DNA of 64,000 nt from an uncultured Nostoc sp. (GTDB lineage Bacteria; Cyanobacteriota; Cyanobacteriia; Cyanobacteriales; Nostocaceae), in NCBI RefSeq assembly GCF_964245445.1, contig NZ_CAXTNE010000006.1, forward strand, positions 3,909 through 67,908. Direction: 5' to 3'. Shown one piece after another: positions 56,433-64,000 of this stretch. A model generated the notes under the pieces. It was not told the DNA's origin. It saw only the letters and a program-made list of their open reading frames with translations, and did no database searches. The position numbers were made by a program, and so were the translations under genes. Within the stretch, counting starts at the first letter, position 1. Each line of letters opens with the position of its first letter.

Positions 56433-57476
56433 TTATATTTTCTGCTGAGATAAATCCATTAAATTTGCCAGCTTGTAAACTACCCGCGCTCCAACATTAC
56501 CATCCCACTCACCATCACCGATTTCGCAGATATCAAAACCAATAATTTTTCTGCCACTATTGACTAATTCCCGAAATAGACAAAATGTTTGCTCTAATTC
56601 CAACCCACCTGGAACAGGAGTACCTGTACTCGGACAGAGTTTGGGATCTAGACCATCTGCATCAAAGCTAATGTAAACAGACTCAGGTAAATGACTGATA
56701 ATTTCTCGGCATAAATCAATCCAAGTTGTTCCAGAGTAAAGCTTTTGTTTAATGGCTGGGTCGTAATATGCAATAATGCGATTATCAGATTGGTCAATCA
56801 TTTGCACTTCATCATGACTAATATCACGCAAAGCCACCTGCACTAGCTTGGAAATTTGCGGTATTTTCATCGCATTAAACATAATAGACGCATGGGAAAA
56901 TTCAAATCCCTCATACGCATCACGTAAATCTGCGTGGGCATCAATGTGCAAAATGCCATAGTTTGCGTACTTAGCCGCTAATGCTTGGAAATAACCTAAC
57001 GGCGAACTATGATCCCCACCAATGACTGCAACTCGCTTACCATTATTAATTGCTTCCTGACAATTTTCAAACAGCCATTGATTTACTTGTTGACAAACTT
57101 GATTAATTTCTGTGAGGACAGGTGTTAAATCTGGTGTATCAGAGAGTTGTTTACCTTGGGCTAATCGTTCAATAATTTTTGCTGCCAAGGCGCGGTAATA
57201 TGTATTCTTCTCTAAAATATCTTGGGGAATTTCCACCATGAAAATTCCCTGCTTCCAACCATCAGGGTTATCAAAATCGAACAAATCTAGTTGAGTCGAA
57301 GCATCGAGAATTCGCTGTGGGCCGTTAGCAGTGCCTGCGCCATAAGAAACAGTGACTTCCCACGGCACACCAAAGACAATCAGGTTTGCAGACTCATAAT
57401 CGCAGGGCAAACCTAAGAGGTTGCCATTTACTTCACCTACGCCGCTAGGATTGTAGTCTTGTAGTTGATTACTCAT
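56433..57476 (-). CDS. speB: Agmatinase (ureohydrolase/arginase family)
   Basis: GGDHS, DAHADLRD, SFDADGLDP...TGTPVPGGL, FDICEI. Confidence 0.82.
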   Translation of the reverse strand: MSNQLQDYNPSGVGEVNGNLLGLPCDYESANLIVFGVPWEVTVSYGAGTANGPQRILDASTQLDLFDFDNPDGWKQGIFMVEIPQDILEKNTYYRALAAKIIERLAQGKQLSDTPDLTPVLTEINQVCQQVNQWLFENCQEAINNGKRVAVIGGDHSSPLGYFQALAAKYANYGILHIDAHADLRDAYEGFEFSHASIMFNAMKIPQISKLVQVALRDISHDEVQMIDQSDNRIIAYYDPAIKQKLYSGTTWIDLCREIISHLPESVYISFDADGLDPKLCPSTGTPVPGGLELEQTFCLFRELVNSGRKIIGFDICEIGDGEWDGNVGARVVYKLANLMDLSQQKI

Positions 57477-57562
57477 CGATTATCTTCTGGATTTACGTGG
57501 ATAGACAGCACGCCGCCTAGTGGACATCTGCATTGTAATAAAAATTTTTCCCAGACGGTAAA

Positions 57563-59161
57563 CTACAGGATCTCTATTACTTGGTCAAAATTGCGGCGAT
57601 ACACCTGTTGGCTGTACTCCTGCCACTCTTTGTCTGAGGAGTAGGGCGATCGCTTTAATGTTGCCTGTTGGACGTATGCCATCAATGGGCGACGAAGACA
57701 CTCATATTTCTCAAAGGCTTTGGCTATAGCTTGCAGATTATCCCAGTTATTATTCTCAGCAATTTTAGCGATGAGTGTTGTAATTATTAGTGCATCCTCA
57801 AATCCTTGATTAGCTCCTTGAGCCATGAAGGGAGGCATTCCATGTGCGGCATCGCCAACTAAGACGATTCGCCCTACACTCCAGGCTGGTGGAACTTTGG
57901 CAGGATCAGCTTTAGTATTGAGATCAGTTGGGTTAGAAACTTGTAGAGAATCCCAAATGGTAGCAGGGTGAACGTAGTATGGACGCTGCTGCATCTTGGC
58001 AGGAGGAGATATACGCACTAATTGCTTGAGCGCATCAGGAAAGCCTGCTTTCTCCAACTCCTGCAAAGCTAAGTTAATTAAAGAACTTTCTGACTTTCCT
58101 TGCAGAGATTCTAAAGGCAAAGCAAGATGTATTATGTACCCAAGTTCACCAGTTGGTCTGCTAAATAATATTATCCTGATGTTATTTATACAAACAGAGT
58201 TTTCAGATATTTCATCATTAGTGATTGTTACAAGTGGTGAACCTTGAAAGAAATCTTCTTCTAGTTTTGTCCATAGTTCCTTTGGTACTTCAGCTATTTC
58301 TCTACAAAATATAGCTGCAAACCCAGAGTATTCAGGTCGGGCAAAATCATGATATTGAGTATCTGTGTAAAGCAGCCTACGAACTGTAGAATTAATGCCA
58401 TCTGCTGCAACAATTAGTTTAGCTCTAATCGATTTTGTTGCTAATTGTTGGGGGGGAATATCTAAGTTTTGAGGCTGCGGATCGTTATCTTTCTGCCCAT
58501 CTATCCAATAGGCATAGGGATTGGTTTCTATTTGTGTATCACCTACACAATCTATGCGGATACAACCTTTTTCCGGCTCATTCACAACATTAATACAACG
58601 ATAATTAGCTTTAACTCGGTCTTGTGGAAGTAGCTGTCTAAGGGTTGTCTGCAAATTGTACCAAGAAATTGACACTCGACCCTCGCCATATTCTTTAAAC
58701 CAGTCATCAAAACTAAGCGAAATTGACTGAATTATCTCCCCCTGTAAATTTTTATAAACCCATTGTGGTGAAGCCTTTGCAGGTTGTTGCTTTTGAGCAG
58801 ATTCGACAGTTTCCTGGTCATTAGACTGCTTGGGATTCAATAAATCCAGTCCAGTTTTTTTGACTTTTTCGTAAGCGTTAGGATCTAAGTATTTGAGAGC
58901 TTGTAATCCATTGGGGAGAAGATCCACTGTTTGTCCAACTTGACGAAAGGCACGAGTTTGATCGATGACAAGGACATTTTCAATACCACGTTTACGTAAG
59001 CCAATGGCAGTTGCTAACCCGATAGGCCCAGCGCCAACCACTAGAACATCGTAGATTTCTTGAGGATTAGAAGAGGAGATAACAGATGCAGCTAAGGTAT
59101 CAGCTTTGGTTGATGTGTTTGTATGTGTATGAGGACTTGATTTAGTTTCTGGCATATTCAT
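57563..59161 (-). CDS. FAD-dependent monooxygenase (group A flavoprotein)
   Basis: VVGAGPIGLATA, AADGINSTVR, LVGDAAHGMPPFMAQGANQGFED. Start is probably ATG at 59161 or 59155. Confidence 0.88.
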   Translation of the reverse strand: MNMPETKSSPHTHTNTSTKADTLAASVISSSNPQEIYDVLVVGAGPIGLATAIGLRKRGIENVLVIDQTRAFRQVGQTVDLLPNGLQALKYLDPNAYEKVKKTGLDLLNPKQSNDQETVESAQKQQPAKASPQWVYKNLQGEIIQSISLSFDDWFKEYGEGRVSISWYNLQTTLRQLLPQDRVKANYRCINVVNEPEKGCIRIDCVGDTQIETNPYAYWIDGQKDNDPQPQNLDIPPQQLATKSIRAKLIVAADGINSTVRRLLYTDTQYHDFARPEYSGFAAIFCREIAEVPKELWTKLEEDFFQGSPLVTITNDEISENSVCINNIRIILFSRPTGELGYIIHLALPLESLQGKSESSLINLALQELEKAGFPDALKQLVRISPPAKMQQRPYYVHPATIWDSLQVSNPTDLNTKADPAKVPPAWSVGRIVLVGDAAHGMPPFMAQGANQGFEDALIITTLIAKIAENNNWDNLQAIAKAFEKYECLRRPLMAYVQQATLKRSPYSSDKEWQEYSQQVYRRNFDQVIEIL

Positions 59162-59608
59162 ATACAGTAATCTTGGATAGAAGCTGGGCAATATGGAAAG
59201 CTATAACCCTTAAGTTACATAGGATTACACAACAATATTAAAATTTAATACAAAAAGTTAAATATTTTGCCGCATCAGACTTATTAAAAGCTGGATCTTC
59301 ATAGAAATCCAGTTCCCATTCCACCAGAGATTTTGAGGACGAAGGCTGACTACAAAGATCCAGGCGATGTGAATGAAATTCTTGATTTCTATTTTTGGGT
59401 GCAAGATCCATCTGAAACCGAACCTTTCTACGAAGCAAAATTCTTGATTGTTGGCGAAGGAGGAGCGAGTCATTGCTGAATGCGATCGCAGCCCGTCTAG
59501 ATGAGTAAAACTAGGCTATGGATGAGTGTCAAAAATAATTTCATTTTTTTGGCAATGGTCTTGAAGCACGTTAAACTACTAAGAAATTGAAGTTAAGGAT
59601 GGATTTAT

Positions 59609-60103
59609 ATGCGCTTACCAATTGCAATTAGTGCCATTTTAGTCACGTCTTTAGGTTTGAGTACACCTGTAATATCTCAACCTCCTATACAGGTAGCCCA
59701 AAAACCAGCGTCTAATAGTTTCGCTTTAGAACAATTTAAGATTAATCACCGATTATGGAGACAAAAAAAAATCTCTAACTATCGCTATGAATTTACTAGA
59801 AGTTGCTTTTGTTTCCCCAAAGCCACAGAACCAGTGATTATTGAAGTACGTAATGGAGTCACGACTTCTATTACTTATAAATATAGTAAAAATCCAGTAG
59901 ATCAAGCATTATTTCAAAAATATAATACAATTCCTAAACTCTTTAATATCATTAGAAATGCGTTCATTCAAAGAGCAGACAACTTGACTGTACAATATAA
60001 CCCAACACTTGGCTATCCTACTCAAATTAACATTGATTATGATAAGCAAAGAACTGATGATGAAATATTCATTACAATTAGTAATCTGCAACAAATCAAG
60101 TAA
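59609..60103 (+). CDS. Secreted DUF6174-like protein, paralogue A
   Basis: Signal peptide, W...YRYEF..SCFC, YNPTLGYPTQINID. Confidence 0.75.
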   Translation: MRLPIAISAILVTSLGLSTPVISQPPIQVAQKPASNSFALEQFKINHRLWRQKKISNYRYEFTRSCFCFPKATEPVIIEVRNGVTTSITYKYSKNPVDQALFQKYNTIPKLFNIIRNAFIQRADNLTVQYNPTLGYPTQINIDYDKQRTDDEIFITISNLQQIK

Positions 60104-60307
60104 ATATAGCTAACGAAAGCATTCATATAATAGAAAAGTCCTGATTTATCGAAAAAGGCTAGTTCAGTCATTTTCTATCTAAAAGTTGGGGCAGCAAAAT
60201 CAAAAATATTGAAATATAACAACCTGCCCCTTAATTTAACTAGTTTTCCATCAGCAAATATTTAGGGTGGGTTGCTTTTGTTATTTTGTAGAAGCAGTAT
60301 CAGGTTC

Positions 60308-60453
60308 ATTGGTGTCAACTTAAGTTCAAACGTTTATTCCACAAGCATTTTACCCTATCCCTCAATTCCTCCCCGCAAGCGGGGAGGCAAGACAAAGCAT
60401 AGCTTTGGCGAGGTGGGGTTCTTCAGGTTTAGTAATCACCCGAACTTGATATA
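60308..60453. repeat. Nostoc-type dispersed repeat/MITE remnant with GC hairpin
   Basis: CATTGGTGTCAACTTAAG left end, CCTCCCCGC-AA-GCGGGGAGG hairpin (60367-60386), CCGAACTTGATATA right end. Confidence 0.45.
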
Positions 60454-60546
60454 AATTCTATTTGACACTGTAAATCCAGGTTGTCATCAACAAACAGAGT
60501 TGTGAAGTTTTCTTAGTGGGGATTTATTGGATTGTCAAAAACAGTG

Positions 60547-61053
60547 TCATCGCTTTATGTATGATCCCTGATGAAGTACTTCAAAATTGCTAATTGTAGT
60601 AAATACTCCAGCATCGGCAGCTAGATTACCGATATTAATTTGGGTTGGATAACCAAGTTGTGGGTTGTACACTACAGTTAACTCGGATTCTCCACTATTG
60701 ATCGTATTCCGAATCAAAGTAAAGAGTTTAGGGATTGTACTATATTGTTGTAATAGCTTTGGATCTACTCGCTTACCAGTTTGAGCATTCGTGATAGATT
60801 TTGTGATGCCGTTACGTACTTCAATGATTACTGGCCCTCTGAAATCGGGAAGACAAAAACAATTATTGCTAAGTTTGTAGCGATAGTTGTTAATTTTTTT
60901 CTGATTCCACAATTGGCGATTAATTGTTAGCTGTGTTAAGTTCGAGTTATTAATCTCTGCTTTTGCTCCATGCGTAGGAGGCACAGACATTACTGGAGCG
61001 TTCAAACTCAAAGATGCTACTAAGATTGCACCAATAGCAATAGGTAAGCGCAT
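60547..61053 (-). CDS. Secreted DUF6174-like protein, paralogue B
   Basis: Same MRLPIAI start, W...YRYKL..NCFC, YNPQLGYPTQINI. Confidence 0.75.
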   Translation of the reverse strand: MRLPIAIGAILVASLSLNAPVMSVPPTHGAKAEINNSNLTQLTINRQLWNQKKINNYRYKLSNNCFCLPDFRGPVIIEVRNGITKSITNAQTGKRVDPKLLQQYSTIPKLFTLIRNTINSGESELTVVYNPQLGYPTQINIGNLAADAGVFTTISNFEVLHQGSYIKR

Positions 61054-61370
61054 ATCAATCCTTTGTTAACTAACGTTGAGTTATAACTTCACTGTGACTA
61101 AATAGGATTCCAGAGAGTTGAAATCACATTCTAGAAGTTGACACAGTTTATACAAAGAATTCCCAAGCGCTCGTAACAGCAGGAATATTCCCTAGTATAA
61201 ACTGAAAAAAATCCCATACAACCATACAATACTATTCACCTCAAATTTTGTGTTTTATGCAAAAAACGAATAATTTTAAAATTGGCATTATAAAATTTAG
61301 AAGCCAGTATCAGAGAAACCCCAAGACTTTAGCTACATAAGACTTTCAGGAAATTAAATATTCAGTTTTT

Positions 61371-61389
61371 AGTAATGATAATCATTACA
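61371..61389. promoter_or_regulatory. Putative Fur box
   Basis: AGTAATGATAATCATTACA matches 15 of 19 positions of GATAATGATAATCATTATC and contains the perfect 8-1-8 palindrome GTAATGAT-A-ATCATTAC. It lies in a divergent intergenic region. Confidence 0.55.
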
Positions 61390-61569
61390 AGGCGGAAGTT
61401 AGAGGCACATACAGTCGAATATAAGCTAATTTATATTTTCTGAAAAGAGTTAATTTATTTTATCATTACATCAATTTTTACAATTATTTAGTAAGAATAG
61501 CTATACCCATGTAGTAATTGCTCTAGTAAGAGCAACTACTTATAAAACGCTGCTAGAAATTGAAATTCT

Positions 61570-62058
61570 ATGAGAAAAATTATTGTTGGGGTAATGGGGC
61601 CTGGAAAAAATGCGACAGCAAATGATTTACAGAATGCTTATACACTAGGTCAACTTATTGCCAAACAAGGATGGATTTTACTCACAGGTGGTAGAAATGT
61701 AGGTGTAATGGATACAGTAAGTAAAGGTGCAAAATCTGGTGAGGGTTTAACTATTGGTATTCTTCCCAGCGATAATCAAGATAGTATTTCCTCTTCAGTA
61801 GATATTGCTATTTTCACAGACATGGGAAATGCTAGAAATAATATTAATGTTCTCACTAGTGATGTGGTAATTGCCTGCGGTATGGGTGCAGGAACTGCTT
61901 CAGAAATTGCCTTAGCTTTGAAAGGAAATAAGCAAGTAATTTTGTTGACTAATGATGAAGAAAGTCTTACTTTCTTCAAAAAGCTATCACCAGAAAATGT
62001 TTACATTGTGGAGAGTGTGGATCAGGCGATCGCTACAGCCAAAACAATCTTATACTAA
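61570..62058 (+). CDS. TIGR00725/LOG-family Rossmann-fold protein
   Basis: IVGVMG, LLTGG...GVMD, TIGILP, TDMGNARNNINV, GAGTASEI. Confidence 0.85.
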   Translation: MRKIIVGVMGPGKNATANDLQNAYTLGQLIAKQGWILLTGGRNVGVMDTVSKGAKSGEGLTIGILPSDNQDSISSSVDIAIFTDMGNARNNINVLTSDVVIACGMGAGTASEIALALKGNKQVILLTNDEESLTFFKKLSPENVYIVESVDQAIATAKTILY

Positions 62059-62085
62059 TTCGTAATTTGTAATGTTTAAGTCCAG

Positions 62086-63149
62086 TTAGTTAAGCTGATT
62101 GAATTGTTGTTCTAGAGCACATACAGCTTGCTCACCAGACCAAAAAGCGCCATGCACAGTACCTGCATCGGTTGGACGTAAGTAAGTCAGTGCAATAAAA
62201 CCAAACTGTGTGAAGAAAAGTAAATAAGGCTCAAACTCTTTCTCCCCCTGCTCCCAGCAAGAACTGCCCCCTGCGTTATTCCAACAAGAATTATTTACGC
62301 CGACCTACTTAGAGCCTCGCTAGCGTTGTATACTCTACCTGCAATGGGTTGGCTTAACTGCCTGGATTCAAGTCCCGTTGCCCCGATTAGCATTCGTGCG
62401 TAAGAACCTAATATAAATGGTTCCTGACCCCATCGGGTGATGTAAACATCTGTTGGTTCGGGAATTTTGCTACCGAGAACCGCAGTGAGTTCTGCACAAA
62501 GGCGTTTTTTAATCTCCTCATCTGTACGAACCTCAATCTCATGTGAGGCATGTTTGCCAACCATGCCAATCAGAATCGGTCTTCCACTATATCGAACATA
62601 GTTTACATAAAATGGACATAAGGAGTTGCTCAACATGGCAAGCAGATCAACCTCTTCCGGCCAGAAGACATCTGGAAATCGGAGAACAATTTTGTTCAAA
62701 AGTCCCATATCAATGCGAGTCAGTGCGCGGCGATATGTTATTGGTAGTTCAGGATTAAAAAGAATTTGACCTGAGCGCAAGACACCAATCGATAGTGTCA
62801 CAATTACTGCGTCGGCTTGGTAAATCTGACGTTGAGTGTGAATGCACACACCTTGATGGTTATAGATAATTTGATTAACCACCTCAGACAACTGTATAGT
62901 TAGCCCACGAGCCAGATAATCTATGATTCTATCCATACCACCCACGACAAAGCGATCGCTACTTGGAAGTAGTTCTGTCTGTGCTTGGGTAGCTGACTTA
63001 GATATCAAGTTAGCAAATCCGAGTTCTTCTGCCGATGAGGCGAAAAAATTTTCTCCCATCATCCTCATTAGGCGCGGGAAATCAGAACCGGGTTGAGTGG
63101 AGCGATTAAACGCCGTATTAAGAAACTTGCACCATATTATGTGGTCTAT
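62086..63149 (-). pseudogene. Flavin-containing amine oxidase pseudogene (5'-truncated, MITE-interrupted)
   Basis: ADAVIVTLSIGVL, KIVLRF...FW, TRWGQEPF..GSY. The C-terminal GTVHGAFWSG motif lies in 62086-62178 beyond the insertion. No N-terminal GxGxxG FAD motif; in-frame stop at 63150-63152. Confidence 0.8.
62181..62309. mobile_element. 129-bp MITE-like insertion with TA target duplication
   Basis: Imperfect TIRs AGTAAGTCAGTGCAAT / ATTTACGCCGACCTACT; TA at 62179-62180 and 62310-62311; removing it restores the reading frame. Confidence 0.8.
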
Positions 63150-63965
63150 TTATTTAAAGATTTAATATATAAATGCGTGAAAATTGTATTTTTTCTGCGA
63201 AGAAGTGTTCCTTATGTAATATTTTATAAAATTTACACGAAAATAAGCATAGGCTATTCAAACTTTAAGTTAATCAGTGTAAGCTAATGATGTAAATATG
63301 TTTATCGCAAAACTATTTAATCACTCAGACTAATTTTACTATAGGAGGTGTAATAAAATTTACATATCTCTTCGGGTATATGTTTAAAGAGACTAAACAT
63401 GACTGTAAAAAGATTGAGTTTAGTAGCTTCTAAGCAAACCAAGCAATATTGTTGAAGTGAGATTTTTATTAAGTAGTAAAATCTCAAAAAGTCCTGATGT
63501 CATTTATAGTTTTTCTCGTCTCTTGACTGTAGCCTTCCCAAAGCCAGCTTTTTAATGGTAGAGGTTATGCGCTGTAGACTGAGGCATCCCCTACTAAATT
63601 GATTCTGATGCTTTGGCAAAGCCGTAAACGCTTTGCTTCTAAATTCTTCTTCAAGCTCTTGCTTAAAGCACGAATCTTGCGGCGTCCGAAGACACCGCAA
63701 GGATTGATGCTTTGCGAGTAAATATACTCGGCTAGGAAAACGTCTAGCTCAATATTTTGGCATTCACATTAGTGATTGTCATATCAAGGGTTTGTTAGAA
63801 ACAGTGGCCCTGCTTGCCAAATAAAAATACTTTTTATATAACAATACTCTTTTATTGTAGGAGGCTTAGGGTTTCCTCACAGAAAAAGGGAGTATCAAAT
63901 ATTATCTATCATTTTATTTTTTTCAATTTAGACCAATAGCTAAATTTCGTCTTGGAGGTTAGAGA

Positions 63966-64000
63966 ATGCCACCCGTGCTTTCTGGAGAACATGTAGGCGA
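63966..64000 (+). CDS. Possible start of a gene running off the right edge
   Basis: GGAGG at 63954-63958, then ATG at 63966 with an open frame (MPPVLSGEHVG). Too short to identify. Confidence 0.3.
   Translation, partial: MPPVLSGEHVG

Noticed and set aside
56433-59161. Agmatinase and FAD monooxygenase as tailoring enzymes of the cluster
   Set aside because: More than 10 kb from the cluster end, on the opposite strand, and separated by unrelated genes. There is no sequence evidence of linkage.
59238-59473. Two overlapping short minus-strand ORFs
   Set aside because: No motifs or clear RBS, overlapping in different frames; probably non-coding or a degraded remnant.
63093-63700. Short ORFs 63093-63287 (+) and 63500-63700 (-)
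   Set aside because: Low-complexity AT-rich or repeat-derived (TGCGG...CCGCA hairpin near 63678-63699); no family recognised.
1-64000. HIP1 (GCGATCGC) clusters as a local feature; rRNA, tRNA, integrase or transposase genes
   Set aside because: HIP1 is a genome-wide cyanobacterial signature. No structural RNA genes or transposase/integrase ORFs were recognisable by eye; tRNAscan-SE and Infernal would be needed to exclude them formally.

Overview
Low-GC DNA from a cyanobacterium, most likely a Nostoc-type Nostocales. This rests on frequent HIP1 octamers (GCGATCGC), TA-flanked MITE-like elements, and gene content. Bases 1-46046 are the downstream part of one co-oriented (+ strand) hybrid NRPS/type I PKS biosynthetic gene cluster that begins left of the window. 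Order: FkbH fragment; NRPS C-A(Ala)-T-E; stand-alone C domain lacking the catalytic His; diaminobutyrate transaminase; NRPS halfC-A(Dab)-T; PKS KS-AT(no catalytic Ser)-KR-ACP; NRPS C-A(Ala)-T-E; NRPS C-A(basic aa)-T; PanP-like aspartate decarboxylase; PKS KS-AT-KR-ACP; PKS KS-AT-KR(degenerate)-ACP; SAM methyltransferase; NRPS C-A(beta-Ala)-T-TE with a Cys nucleophile; two P450s; MATE exporter; SDR; OMT-fold methyltransferase. I do not recognise it as a characterised cluster. Two things stand out. First, many enzymes carry non-canonical catalytic residues in otherwise intact ORFs (C, AT, KR, TE, both P450s, SDR, OMT). Second, there are two long near-identical direct repeats: a 1553-bp whole A domain and a ~1082-bp whole AT domain. 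The A-domain pair brackets a 15.1-kb Dab cassette that could be excised in frame. Bases 46047-64000 are mixed ordinary and accessory genome: a RemA-like/spore-photoproduct-lyase-like gene pair, site-2 protease, DUF6888/DUF6887-like pair, GH10-like hydrolase, phosphoribosyltransferase, agmatinase, FAD monooxygenase, an inverted pair of DUF6174-like genes next to a Fur-like box, a LOG-family gene, a MITE-disrupted amine oxidase pseudogene, and several small mobile repeats. No rRNA, tRNA or CRISPR array was seen. All domain and specificity calls were made by eye from motifs; no searches were run.
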